This document shows positions 1-10,815 of a stretch of DNA of 64,000 nucleotides, in pieces (the stretch's first letter is position 1; each line of letters starts with the position of its first letter). Origin of the DNA: Candidatus Heimdallarchaeota archaeon (GTDB lineage: Archaea; Asgardarchaeota; Heimdallarchaeia; Heimdallarchaeales; Heimdallarchaeaceae). The position numbers and the translations under genes are program-made. The DNA lies in the NCBI GenBank assembly GCA_019057815.1, contig JAHLWR010000017.1:1-64000 (forward strand), in the 5' to 3' direction. The notes below the pieces were generated by a model. It had not been told where the DNA came from. It did no database searches and was given only the letters and a program-made list of their open reading frames with translations.

Positions 1-152
1 TAATTTTGTCGGCACTCAGACCCTAAAATTTTTCGTTATTTCGGAAGTACTAATAATTATCCCGCAATTGTGACTGATAAGGAAAAAGCGCATTATTCAA
101 AGAAATGACAGTAATTCTAACCTGAAAATGGAAAAAAAATAAAAAGAAAAAA

Positions 153-1724
153 CTATTTTTTACGTGTTTTTTTGCGATATATTATTGGTAGTGCAATGAC
201 AAGTATAGCTGCAATGCTCACCCATGTTGAGAAAGGTGTACCTTTGATATCTATTTCTAACTCAATCTCGTAGAAAAGATGAGTTGATTGGTTAAGTTGA
301 TCAATGAAGGATATATGCAAAACATGAGTGCCTTCATCAAGGTTTTCTAACGATATAAAGTCCCAAAAAGCACTTTTACTTGTCAACACGTCAGGTTCAT
401 AATAACTGCCATTATCATCATATACACGGGCTTCCCTAAATTGGCTCCATTCTAGTATACCAATGGATAAAGACATACCATTAAGTATTTCAGTACCATT
501 CTCTAAAGTTGCATAATCCTCATCAGCTTCTGATTTATATCTTACTGCTTTGATTATTGGTGCATCATTGTCTTCTCTTTCCCAAAATGGTAATCCTGTA
601 TCTTCATCACCTAAATATGATGGTGTAACTTCAGATAAATTAACACCCATTACAAATTGAATGGTGGGTGATATATCGCATTGAGAAACTGGAATAAGTT
701 CTGGATGTCCAACTGCTTTATGACTAATTGCAAATTTTTGATTAACGACTTCTAAATGACCATAAGGCCAAGGATCTTCAGTGTGATCTCTTCTAAAGAA
801 ACCATGATCAGTACCTATAATAAAGAGAGTGTTATCCAATATACCCGCATCTTCTAAAGCATCTAAAACTATTCCTGTTGCATCATCACAATCTATTAGG
901 GCCTGTAGGTATTCAGGTGTAAGATTTCCATATTTATCTGCCTCTCCATATCCATGTCCAATATTATCAGGTTCTGTAAAATGCATACGGATATAGAATT
1001 CTTCATCGGAATTGCTTGCTATCCAATCTGCTGCTTTTTGCCCTAGATAGGTTGATTTGATTAAAGGGTTATAATAGAGTTCTTTTTCCTCATTATAGCC
1101 ATTCCAAGCAGCAGCCATGCTCTCTGCATCATTGGGGGTCCAGCTAAGATTTTCTGCTGCAAACCAATAATCTACATCTTCACCTATTTTTATTTTCTCA
1201 AAAATTGTATCAGTATAATTTCCTTGTTGAGCCATATACTCTTCATTAATCTGGTGAAAGCTCCAACAAAGAAACATTGCTGTTTTAACTTCATCTCCCC
1301 GAGCAGCTTTTATTCTCTCCATCGTTGTATAACCATCGGGAGCAGAAAGTTTTGGGCTACCTGGACCAAACATATTATAGTAAATTCCTGTAATATTTGG
1401 ACCGTATCCAGTTTCCATGCATGTTAAGCCTGGGTCTGTTGAAGTTTTATGATTAGTTATTCGCACTTCTTGAACATACCCACCTTCTAAAACACGGTTA
1501 ATGTTGGCTAAAGTTCCATTTTCTGTTAAAACATCAAACCAATGTGGTCTAACGCCATCCCAAGTAATAAAAACTACACGTTCAAAACTTGGTGGGTCGT
1601 TAGCAACTATCATCTCTGATGTTTCGTGATTAGCGTTTGTTCGAGATTCAACAAAAGATGGTTGCAGCGCAAAAGTGAGTAGAGTTATAATTAATATAGG
1701 GATAATACTTTTCTTCAGAAACAT
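153..1724 (-). CDS. Secreted alkaline phosphatase/phosphodiesterase-superfamily protein with C-terminal membrane anchor
   Basis: Signal peptide; ITWDG, TSTDPG (nucleophile Thr), EPDNIGH and GTDHG metal motifs; C-terminal TPF + TM helix + RKKTRKK. Confidence 0.8.
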   Translation of the reverse strand: MFLKKSIIPILIITLLTFALQPSFVESRTNANHETSEMIVANDPPSFERVVFITWDGVRPHWFDVLTENGTLANINRVLEGGYVQEVRITNHKTSTDPGLTCMETGYGPNITGIYYNMFGPGSPKLSAPDGYTTMERIKAARGDEVKTAMFLCWSFHQINEEYMAQQGNYTDTIFEKIKIGEDVDYWFAAENLSWTPNDAESMAAAWNGYNEEKELYYNPLIKSTYLGQKAADWIASNSDEEFYIRMHFTEPDNIGHGYGEADKYGNLTPEYLQALIDCDDATGIVLDALEDAGILDNTLFIIGTDHGFFRRDHTEDPWPYGHLEVVNQKFAISHKAVGHPELIPVSQCDISPTIQFVMGVNLSEVTPSYLGDEDTGLPFWEREDNDAPIIKAVRYKSEADEDYATLENGTEILNGMSLSIGILEWSQFREARVYDDNGSYYEPDVLTSKSAFWDFISLENLDEGTHVLHISFIDQLNQSTHLFYEIELEIDIKGTPFSTWVSIAAILVIALPIIYRKKTRKK

Positions 1725-1828
1725 ATCAATAACCTTTTAGCTAAATTAGCGTCAATGATTTAATTAATTTTATGGTATTTTTCATCAACAGAGACACAAA
1801 AAATTTATAGTTAAACCCTTTTACTTTT

Positions 1829-3361
1829 TTGATAACTAAATACTATCATAAAAAGGATGAAAAGAAAATGAAGTTAAAAAAATTAGTAATCGTTTTTACA
1901 CTTGCAGCACTAATGGTCATAGGTTCTGGAATTTTTATGAATACTACAGCCTATGATATTCCTAGTTCCGAAGAATCAGAACTACAAGATACAGTGCTTA
2001 CGATTGTAACACGACACGATATCGTTATAACAACAGAATTTGAAAAACAATTCCTTGCAACCCCAGAAGCTATAGCTTTGGGAATTACCGATATAGATTT
2101 TAGACAAGCAACAACTGATGAAGGATGGAAAACACTATTACAAGAACCATCTAGAGGCATAGATCTTGCTTGGGGTGGTGGTCCTTCGTTATTCAACACA
2201 ATGGAAAAATGGGGACTCCTCAAACATATAGATGATGTACCTCTAAGAGACTATATTAATAGCCAAGTTCCTGATACTCTAGGCGGCGCTGCTATGAAAT
2301 CCGTTGATGAAAGCGATAATTTAATATGGATAGCAAACGCTATTTCTTCCTTTGGTTTCACAGTTAACCATGACTTCTTAGACACGTATGGTCTTGATGT
2401 TCCTTACACTTGGCAAGAGCTTGCTGATCCTACTTACTATTTAGGTGGGGGAGTTAATGCTATTAGTATGGGAGATCCTCCATTAACAACCTCAAACACC
2501 CGTATTTATCAAATTATCTTACAAGCATTTGGGTGGGAGGAAGGGTGGTCTATTATGACAAGGATGGCAGCAAATGCAGGAATATATCCTGGTTCAGTAG
2601 ATACACGAGCTGCTACGGTAACTGGTGAAGTTGGAATCGCTATGACTATAGATTTCTATGGTGTTATTGCTAATCGTGAAAATCCAAGTTGTGAATATAT
2701 CGTTCCTGAAGGTCAATCGATAGTAAATGGTGACCCAATAGCTATGGGAATACATGTTGATGATGAGGATGCAGCTAAAGCTTTTCTAGAGTATTTATTT
2801 TCCCCAGAAGGTCAAGCTGTCTGGCTAACTGAAAGACTTGATCGTTTACCTGTAAATGTAGATGCTTTTAGTACTCCTTTTGGGCTAGATAAAACATATC
2901 TCTATGGGATATTCAACGCAACATTAGAAACTGAAGGTATTGACTTTAATGAGACCCTTGCTACACAAACACTAGACACAACTATATACTATTTTAAGAA
3001 AACTATTACCGACGAGCATAGTAAACTGCAAAAAGTATGGGGAGAGATGGTAACACAATTGACAGATGCTACAATAGACTTGACAACATATCAAAAATAT
3101 GTTGAAGATCTAGGAAAAGTTGGTATGACTCTAGAACAGGCAATTGAATGGAACGATCAGTATCAAGATGACGCTGATTTTGCCGCTTCAAAAGATTCAG
3201 AATGGAGAAACTTTGCAAAGAACAAATATAATGAACTGCATTATAACTTAACAGGTACCTATCTTTTCACAACTGATACACCTTTTCTATTTACTCCTGT
3301 GATTTTTTCAGTGTTATTTGTCGCTACAATAGTATATGTTGTTAGAAAGAAAAGGAAATAA
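1829..3361 (+). CDS. ABC transporter substrate-binding protein (Fe3+/thiamine-like family), C-terminally anchored; true start probably the downstream MKLKK
   Basis: DLAWGGG, P.TWQELADP and 'AAKAFLEYLFSPEGQ' motifs; adjacent permease; TPF-TM-RKKRK tail. Confidence 0.85.
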   Translation: MITKYYHKKDEKKMKLKKLVIVFTLAALMVIGSGIFMNTTAYDIPSSEESELQDTVLTIVTRHDIVITTEFEKQFLATPEAIALGITDIDFRQATTDEGWKTLLQEPSRGIDLAWGGGPSLFNTMEKWGLLKHIDDVPLRDYINSQVPDTLGGAAMKSVDESDNLIWIANAISSFGFTVNHDFLDTYGLDVPYTWQELADPTYYLGGGVNAISMGDPPLTTSNTRIYQIILQAFGWEEGWSIMTRMAANAGIYPGSVDTRAATVTGEVGIAMTIDFYGVIANRENPSCEYIVPEGQSIVNGDPIAMGIHVDDEDAAKAFLEYLFSPEGQAVWLTERLDRLPVNVDAFSTPFGLDKTYLYGIFNATLETEGIDFNETLATQTLDTTIYYFKKTITDEHSKLQKVWGEMVTQLTDATIDLTTYQKYVEDLGKVGMTLEQAIEWNDQYQDDADFAASKDSEWRNFAKNKYNELHYNLTGTYLFTTDTPFLFTPVIFSVLFVATIVYVVRKKRK

Positions 3362-3520
3362 TTCCTAACTTTTCTTTTTTTATTTTTACAAACAAAAGAT
3401 AATCCAAAGTTTGTTTCTATTCTTGTTAAAAAAAACTTAATCAATATTATCTTTCACAAAGTAGATTGAAAAATTTTTAAATGAAGGACATACACATTGT
3501 TTAAGCAAAGGTTATGATAT

Positions 3521-6388
3521 ATGGTCAACACTCATAAGAAAGATGCAGAAGATTCTGGAGAAAAAGCGCGTAAGAAGCGTTCTATAGTAGATTTTCTATA
3601 TGTTAAACTCTTGAAAGATCCCTCAACAAATGTTATAGTATCTTTAATTTCTTTTGTATTCATTGTTTGGATGGTGATACCTCTTTTACTTGTCCTATCC
3701 GGAGCAGTATATTATGATGGTGGTTTTTCAGGAGCAGCTGTAAACCAAGTGTTTACAGACGAAGTGTTTTTTAATTTAAAAGGAGATCCAAACACATATT
3801 TGTATGAGAAAAGCGAAGTTCCGCTTGGGGGACCAAGTGATTCAGTGGTTTATTCAAATGGAATTCTATATTCAGCTGAAAGAAGTGAAGGCATAGAAGT
3901 TTTAAATATTTCAATACCTGAAAATATTACGGAAATCTATCAATATTATGAGGATACTAGTGCTATTTCTGATCTGGCAACAGATGGCTCATATCTTTAT
4001 GCAGCAGCAGGACGAGACGGTTTAATAATTTTCAATATATCAAATCCTTCTGAAGATATGACTAAATTATCACAAGTTTCTATTGGAGTCAACCAAACAA
4101 CTTCATTCATAGAAATTAAAGATGGTTTAGCTTATGTTGGAAAAGATGAAGAAGCAATGTATATCATTGATATCACTGATGTTAACAATCCTATAATTCA
4201 ATCAAGCATTCCGTTTGAAACAAAAATTGAAAGTGTGGCAATAAAAGAAGATATAGCTTTTCTAGTAGGTTATTCTACCGGAATAGTAATGTATAACATC
4301 AGTAATCCAAGCAATCCTCAATATATAGGATCTTACACTGAAGATTCAAAATTGGATGGAACTATCAGGTCTAAAGATATCGAAATAAAAGATGATATTG
4401 CTTATGTTTGTTTGAAAAGTGATGGTTTTGCAGCATTTAATATAAGTGATATTACAAATATTTCTTTAGTTTCTTATATATCCAATGTCTATGGTTACAA
4501 TATAAAAATTCACGGAAATTATGCTTTTGTAGGCGTTGAAGACATAAATCTTAATGATGGATTAAGAATAATAAACATCGAAAATCCTCAAACAATGAAT
4601 GAAATATCTAATTACATTTCTCCACTACTCAAAACAAAAGAAGTTTGTTATGATCCTGATACTAACTTAATCTTTCTGGCAGAAGGAAGGTCTGGTGTTT
4701 ATATATTGGATGCTTCCAATATCGATTCTATTATTTTAGTTAATTCCTATAACGATACAAAAACAATTACTATTCATACATTCAGCGGAGTGAATAGAGG
4801 TGTTGTTTTAAATACTATTATTTTAGGAGTAGTTACAACCTTTTTCTCTATTATACTTGGTACAGCATTGGCTTTTGTTCTTGCAAGATATGAGTTTTTT
4901 GGAAAAAAACTATTCAGTCTACTTGCTCTTGCTCCTTTAATTGTACCCCCATTTATTTCAGGTATGGGATTCAGATTGTTGCTAGGACCAACTGGTTTCC
5001 TAAATAGTTTCGTACTAGAACCAATGTTTGGTGCGAAAATAATAATAAATGGTTTTATTGCAATCTGTTTTGTACAAGTATCACATTTCTATGCTTTAGT
5101 CTACTTGAATGCTTTCTCCTCTTTTCTCAATATAGATCCAAGCATGGAAGAATCAGCTGAAAACCTAGGTGCAAGTAGTTTCAAACTTTTCAGAACAGTT
5201 ACTCTTCCACTAGCAATGCCAGGTATTGGAGCTGGTTCAATATTGGTGTTAATTCTTTCCATGGAGGATGTAGGAACACCACTAGTTTTTGCAAATATGG
5301 CTGATGATATGGCAAAGAACTATTTGACGTATTATATCTTTGAAAATTTTCAAAAAGCAGGAAGTGTTGATATAACTCCAACAGTATTGGTATTAGGTGC
5401 TTTGCTTTTAGTTATAGCTCTAATTGGATTTTTCATGATTCGGAAATATGTTTCACTTAGGAAGTATTCTATGATATCTAAAGGAAGAGCCGGTGAATAC
5501 CGAATGTCCGAAGCTGGATGGAAAGGGCTTATAATCTATCCATTTTTAATCCTATTATTTTCAATCTCTCTCCTTGTTCACATTGGTATCTTTTTGATGT
5601 CCATAATGAAGACTCTAGGGTCTAAACATGCTTATAAGATAGAGTTTACGGCTGAATTCTATCGGAGTATATTCACTTCAGAAACCTACGAAATTGGTCT
5701 TTATATCAGAAATACTCTTCTTTACAGTTTCTTAGCAGCAATAGTAATCATTATTCTTGGTTCCTTAGCTGCATATGTAATGAGCCGGAAAGAATTCAAA
5801 GGGAAGAATCTCTTTGATGCTCTAGTAACAATCCCAATTGCTATTCCAGGAATGGTTTTAGCTATTGGCTATTATAGAACATTTAATTTTGGAGAAATTG
5901 CCAGAACAAATCCAAACTGGTTTACATTAGGACTGAAAGATGTTACCACAGCATTGCGTTTAGATCCTATTGTTGGGGGTGCTGTCGTGCTCTTAGTATT
6001 GGGTTACACTATTCGGAAATTCCCATTCACAGTAAGAGCAGCTTATGCAGGCTTACAACAGACAGATCCAGTGCTAGACGAATCATCATTCAATTTAGGG
6101 GCTGGAAAAGTAAAAACCTTTCTAAAAATTACCATACCTCTGATCTCACTTAATATTTTAGCAGGAGCTTTAGTTTCATTCGTTTTTTGTCTATCGGAAG
6201 TGTCAACAACTATCTTCTTGATTATGAATTTCAAATACGGCACAGTTACTTGGTTAATGGCATGGAACCCACTTCAGTTTCAACTATTCTGCGCTCTTGG
6301 TGTCGTCTTGATGGTTATACAAATTATGAGCTTGTTTATAACCAATATTATACTAGGTTCAAGAGCTGAAGCTATAACAGGAATTTAG
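3521..6388 (+). CDS. Fe3+-type ABC transporter fused double permease with inserted LVIVD-repeat domain
   Basis: Two EAA loops (EESAENLGAS, DESSFNLGAG); ~7-8 repeats such as 'YLYAAAGRDGLIIFNISNP' between TM1 and TM2. Confidence 0.85.
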   Translation: MVNTHKKDAEDSGEKARKKRSIVDFLYVKLLKDPSTNVIVSLISFVFIVWMVIPLLLVLSGAVYYDGGFSGAAVNQVFTDEVFFNLKGDPNTYLYEKSEVPLGGPSDSVVYSNGILYSAERSEGIEVLNISIPENITEIYQYYEDTSAISDLATDGSYLYAAAGRDGLIIFNISNPSEDMTKLSQVSIGVNQTTSFIEIKDGLAYVGKDEEAMYIIDITDVNNPIIQSSIPFETKIESVAIKEDIAFLVGYSTGIVMYNISNPSNPQYIGSYTEDSKLDGTIRSKDIEIKDDIAYVCLKSDGFAAFNISDITNISLVSYISNVYGYNIKIHGNYAFVGVEDINLNDGLRIINIENPQTMNEISNYISPLLKTKEVCYDPDTNLIFLAEGRSGVYILDASNIDSIILVNSYNDTKTITIHTFSGVNRGVVLNTIILGVVTTFFSIILGTALAFVLARYEFFGKKLFSLLALAPLIVPPFISGMGFRLLLGPTGFLNSFVLEPMFGAKIIINGFIAICFVQVSHFYALVYLNAFSSFLNIDPSMEESAENLGASSFKLFRTVTLPLAMPGIGAGSILVLILSMEDVGTPLVFANMADDMAKNYLTYYIFENFQKAGSVDITPTVLVLGALLLVIALIGFFMIRKYVSLRKYSMISKGRAGEYRMSEAGWKGLIIYPFLILLFSISLLVHIGIFLMSIMKTLGSKHAYKIEFTAEFYRSIFTSETYEIGLYIRNTLLYSFLAAIVIIILGSLAAYVMSRKEFKGKNLFDALVTIPIAIPGMVLAIGYYRTFNFGEIARTNPNWFTLGLKDVTTALRLDPIVGGAVVLLVLGYTIRKFPFTVRAAYAGLQQTDPVLDESSFNLGAGKVKTFLKITIPLISLNILAGALVSFVFCLSEVSTTIFLIMNFKYGTVTWLMAWNPLQFQLFCALGVVLMVIQIMSLFITNIILGSRAEAITGI

Positions 6389-6421
6389 TTTTTCCTTTTT
6401 CCTTTTTCCTTTTTCCTTTTT
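6389..6421. terminator. T-rich (CCTTTTT)n tract between convergent genes, likely terminator of the + strand operon
   Basis: tttttcctttttcctttttcctttttcctttt directly after the permease stop. Confidence 0.5.
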
Positions 6422-8046
6422 TACTGGAACAACACTTTTTTTTGCGTAAACCCTATTTTCTCATTAAATGCATCCTGAAAAGTAAATTCAATTACAGTTT
6501 CCCCCACAAAATTAGTCGCTGGAATTTCAACCATTTTTGGTTCACTTGAGTTTTCTTCAATTGTTAATGGAAACAAGTGATTGATATACACTCCTCCTTT
6601 AATAAAAGAAACTAATAATGCACCTGAAACGCTTTCCTTGTTTCTATTATACAAATAAACTGGGATAGTAGTGGGTTTTTGGCTAGGAATCTCTTCAGGG
6701 CAAGTTACTTGAATTTCAATCTGCTTGTTTTGTTTTTCAAGTTCGTATGTAGGAACAGAGTATTTCCACAAAAAAGTACTGAAAAATGAAGCTTGTGTGC
6801 TAGGTATGAAAGATTTTTTATTTAATAGTTCACTTATTTTATTACCATCTTTTTCACTGAAAATTTCCTTATAGGATCTAATTGTTACATTGTGTTTAGC
6901 AATTCGTTCATATCGATAACGTATCTCCTTTATTTGTGATTTGCCTAAACTATTCCCTTTCTGCAAAATAATGCAACTTGGGTCTTGCAGAAAATATCTT
7001 GTTTCTTGTTGCAATGTTGGGTCTACTGGAAACCATAAACCATTAGCAAAAAACTCTGCCTGAGCGTGGTATTCCCATTCATTTATCTCACTCATTTTAA
7101 AGCTAGTTGTTAATCTTGCAGGGATGTTGGAAGCTCTACATAAACTAACAAATAGAGAAGCAAATTCTGTACAGTCACCATATCTATTATCAATAGCGAA
7201 AGCTGCTCCAAAGTCTCCGTTCAATGGACGATAAGTTAGAAGTTTCTGTACTAGCTTTAAATATGCAAGAGCTCGTGAAATTGGTGGATATTCCATATAT
7301 TTACTTGCTAGTTGAATTATCTTTTTGTTATTGGATTCTATAAAGGGTTCAGATTTTGTGAATTGTGAAAAGACTTCTGGATAGTTTACTCTTATTTCTT
7401 CTTCCTTTTCTTCTGCTGCTAGAATGCGTGTCATATCAAAAGCAACAAGTCTAGAAAATATCAGCGCTCTGTAACCTATATTAATCTCTTCTTTAGGCTT
7501 TATTTGGGGAAAATAGAAGCATAACCATTTGTTACCTTCCTTATCAATTATAAGCTGTGAAGGTTTGTAATTACAATCAAGTTGTGTAATATGCTGAAGA
7601 GGCGAAATGTCGGGAGGGATCATGATTTCAATTTCAAAGTTGTTTAAAGGAGTTAGATTAGGATTTATGAAATTGACACCATAATACAATAACATGTAAT
7701 TTATCAATCGTTTTTCTGTTTTGATGAAAACTTGATTTCTAATAGATAAATCACCATCTATTTGGAAAATATACGCACCGGAATATAGGGAAGGTAATAT
7801 TGGAAATGAATACATTTTTCGGGGACCAGTGTCTGACAAATTAATATTTTCAGAATCAACAATAGTACCTATAGGAGAAATAACTAGAATATGAAGATCT
7901 AGATCACGGTTTTGGATGACAAATGGTGGTTCTTCGTCGCGATGAGCGAGGAGTATACTATCACCTACTTCAGCAACAGTGTCTGGAGTTAAAGGATGCG
8001 CATTTCCGTTTCTAACGTGATATAATTGGAGCAAGACAATCACCAA
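6421..8046 (-). CDS. Transglutaminase-like (Cys protease fold) domain protein
   Basis: GDCTEFASLFVSLCRASNIPAR, YHAQAE and W.PVDPT supply a Cys-His-Asp triad. Confidence 0.85.
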   Translation of the reverse strand: MVIVLLQLYHVRNGNAHPLTPDTVAEVGDSILLAHRDEEPPFVIQNRDLDLHILVISPIGTIVDSENINLSDTGPRKMYSFPILPSLYSGAYIFQIDGDLSIRNQVFIKTEKRLINYMLLYYGVNFINPNLTPLNNFEIEIMIPPDISPLQHITQLDCNYKPSQLIIDKEGNKWLCFYFPQIKPKEEINIGYRALIFSRLVAFDMTRILAAEEKEEEIRVNYPEVFSQFTKSEPFIESNNKKIIQLASKYMEYPPISRALAYLKLVQKLLTYRPLNGDFGAAFAIDNRYGDCTEFASLFVSLCRASNIPARLTTSFKMSEINEWEYHAQAEFFANGLWFPVDPTLQQETRYFLQDPSCIILQKGNSLGKSQIKEIRYRYERIAKHNVTIRSYKEIFSEKDGNKISELLNKKSFIPSTQASFFSTFLWKYSVPTYELEKQNKQIEIQVTCPEEIPSQKPTTIPVYLYNRNKESVSGALLVSFIKGGVYINHLFPLTIEENSSEPKMVEIPATNFVGETVIEFTFQDAFNEKIGFTQKKVLFQ

Positions 8047-8353
8047 AATACATTAGGAGTGTATATCAAAATCACAGTGATAGGATTGTAGTATACTCTA
8101 GCTAAATATTACCGAGGAATAATATAAAATTATGTACTATTTGTATAATCTTAAAGTAATTCTAAAATAAGAAAGTAGAAAGATAATAAGAAAAATATTC
8201 TTTTACTACATTTTTTGTTGTATTACTTCCCAAAAGTGACTAAAACCAATGGACTGGCTTTAATGTCGGGAATGCATTTATTTAGTGAATAAGGCAAAAA
8301 TTTAATTAAGGGCTAGTTCTACTTATAATTGCACTCAAATAGGGTGATAAAAT

Positions 8354-9346
8354 ATGAAAAAAAGTACACTAGGATTTGTATTTGTTTTAGCATTATTCTT
8401 AAGTGCTATTAGCAATCAAGTTGTTGCATATGATTCCGATATAACAGTTACAGGTGCAGATATTGCATTTGACATTTACCACGAAGGATATCATACAGCA
8501 GCCGCAGATTTAGATCCAATAATTGGAAACTTTACAGAAGCAGGTAATAATGCATTCTACATTAATGAAACATGGGAACTAGCAAGAACAGTAGATGCTC
8601 TATTCCTTACTGGAAGTCAATTAAACTTCACTAATGAACAAGCTGACATTAAAAAATGGTTAGAAGCTGGAGAAAAACTCATTTTCGCTTCATCTGATAG
8701 CGATTATGGTGGTTACACAGATTATGCACCTCTTAATGACCTATTAGATTATATAGGCGCACAGATAAGATTTGCATCTATTTCCGTCGAGGAACCTGAT
8801 TTATGTGATAGTTCAGCATATAGAGCTGCAGCAACCGTTTTCGGAGATTCTGAAATAGCTTTAACTCTAACAAAATTGATGTACGCTGGTTTTATTACAC
8901 ACGGGCCAACAGCAATTATTGGGTATGATGGAACTGATGTAGTAGATATCAGAACAGTAGATATGGATAACGTATCTGTTATTGTATCATACAGTGAAGA
9001 CGCATCCGCTATGGATAGTGATGTAAGTGAAACAATATTCGATTACTATGCAACAGTAGGCGGAGGATTTTATCCAGCAGTTGTATATGAATATCTTGTT
9101 GAATATGATAGTCATCTCATACTTGCATCTGAAGCAATATATTCGTACTATAAACAAATGTATAACGACAAAACAGAGAAAGGTGCCTATAATAGAGGAA
9201 TAACTTATGGAAGAATGTTTGTGAATAATATCATCAACCACTTCATAAAAGCTGATTCTGGAAAAGCACCATTCAACTTTGCATTTGCAATTATACCAAT
9301 TATTGGTCTTGGAGTTATCTACACAATTGTTCGTAGAAGAAAATAG
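8354..9346 (+). CDS. Surface protein with DUF4350/GIFT-like (GATase-like fold) domain and C-terminal anchor
   Basis: Signal peptide; IAFDIYH, DSDYGG, 'LNDLL'; APF-TM-RRRK tail; paralog of the next gene. Confidence 0.6.
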   Translation: MKKSTLGFVFVLALFLSAISNQVVAYDSDITVTGADIAFDIYHEGYHTAAADLDPIIGNFTEAGNNAFYINETWELARTVDALFLTGSQLNFTNEQADIKKWLEAGEKLIFASSDSDYGGYTDYAPLNDLLDYIGAQIRFASISVEEPDLCDSSAYRAAATVFGDSEIALTLTKLMYAGFITHGPTAIIGYDGTDVVDIRTVDMDNVSVIVSYSEDASAMDSDVSETIFDYYATVGGGFYPAVVYEYLVEYDSHLILASEAIYSYYKQMYNDKTEKGAYNRGITYGRMFVNNIINHFIKADSGKAPFNFAFAIIPIIGLGVIYTIVRRRK

Positions 9347-9415
9347 TCTTTTCTTTCTTTCTTTCTTTTTTTCTTTACTCAAAAAAGTTATATTCCATTT
9401 TAAATATATGTCCCT

Positions 9416-10402
9416 ATGAAAAAGTTTACCGGGTTTTTTGTCATATTGTTCATTATTTTGTTTTCCTTATCCTATTCACAAGGTCTAGTTACAGAAGAGA
9501 TTCATGTTACAAATGCAACAATTGGCATTGACATCTCCCACAATTCTATACATGAAGGTTATTTTGATGCTTTCATCGACAATTTCACTTCAGCTGGTAA
9601 CACTGTTGAAGAGATTATCGAAATTAGTAGTCTTAAAAAATATGATGTAATTCTTATTCCTGGTTCTACAACATCCTACTCTTCAGAAGAACTAGATGAA
9701 TATAAAAAGTGGTTTGAGAGAAAAAACAAACTTTTATTTGTTGCAGGAGATTCAGACTATGGTGGACTCTTTCAAGCTAATAAAACATTGAATCCTATCT
9801 TAGAACATTTGGGTTCTAGTCTTCGATTAGATGCTGGGGCTATTGGTGATCTTTATAATAATGATGGAACAGATTATCGAGTTATAGCAAATACACCCAA
9901 AAGCGGTCATGCAGGCTCTATAATTAATCAAGGCGTAGATCAAATCTTATTACATGGACCTACAAGTGTTTATGCAGTAATTGATGGTATTCCTATTGAT
10001 CTTCGAACAACATTACCTGAAAATGTTGAGGTTCTATTTAGTTATAGTAATGGATCTCAAATTTTAGACCAAGATATCAGTGAGTCTCTCAATGATTTCT
10101 ATTATTACAACACTTTGTTTTTGGGGGATTATCCTGCAATCGTTGCTGAAAACTTCACTACTTCAGTTATTATAGTTGCCGGAGAAGCTACATTTTCGGA
10201 TTATAAAAATATGTTTGGTGTTAGTGGTGAATATGGAACTGATCTAGATAATCGTCTTTTTATGATTAGACTTATGAATTACTACTTTGAAGATCTAAAT
10301 TCGTTCAAATCAGTCGATTTTCCTTTTGAAATAATTGTTTTTACAGTTGCAATAATTAGCATTCCAGTAATATTTAAAAAGAAGATAAAGGTGAAAAAAT
10401 GA
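9416..10402 (+). CDS. Surface protein with DUF4350/GIFT-like domain, tandem paralog, C-terminal anchor
   Basis: IGIDISH, DVILIP, GDSDYGG, HGPT shared with the upstream paralog; TM + KKK tail. Confidence 0.6.
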   Translation: MKKFTGFFVILFIILFSLSYSQGLVTEEIHVTNATIGIDISHNSIHEGYFDAFIDNFTSAGNTVEEIIEISSLKKYDVILIPGSTTSYSSEELDEYKKWFERKNKLLFVAGDSDYGGLFQANKTLNPILEHLGSSLRLDAGAIGDLYNNDGTDYRVIANTPKSGHAGSIINQGVDQILLHGPTSVYAVIDGIPIDLRTTLPENVEVLFSYSNGSQILDQDISESLNDFYYYNTLFLGDYPAIVAENFTTSVIIVAGEATFSDYKNMFGVSGEYGTDLDNRLFMIRLMNYYFEDLNSFKSVDFPFEIIVFTVAIISIPVIFKKKIKVKK

Positions 10403-10812
10403 CAATAATTTGGGGTTATAATCCCTCTACTGCTCTTTCTTCTTTTAAAAAAATAGGTGAGGATATAAAAGAAGCTAAACAAGTTTTTTCTGCTTTACTT
10501 TTTAGAGCGGGAATAAAAGGGGTTATAGTTTACATAGCTGATTTTACAGAAAATGTCAAAGTAAAAATGCAATTGATGGTTGATTCAAAAGAAGTACTCG
10601 AAATCCATTTTAGTCCTGAAAAGACAGGTGAACACCTTTTTGAATCAGATTCAATTTTCTATCCTAAAATTAAAATTGAGGTTGTTATTGCAGTGAAAAA
10701 TGGACGAGTAAACCTTCCACTTTCTTCGATAGGAAGTGGGATGGGGTTTCAGAAACTAGAAGATCAATTTGTCCCCACAAATCATCTTGGCCTAGGATTA
10801 GTTATTCCCTAA
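10399..10812 (+). CDS. Hypothetical protein
   Basis: ORF overlaps the previous stop (ATGA); SD-like aggtga upstream. Confidence 0.55.
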   Translation: MTIIWGYNPSTALSSFKKIGEDIKEAKQVFSALLFRAGIKGVIVYIADFTENVKVKMQLMVDSKEVLEIHFSPEKTGEHLFESDSIFYPKIKIEVVIAVKNGRVNLPLSSIGSGMGFQKLEDQFVPTNHLGLGLVIP

Positions 10813-10815
10813 AAT

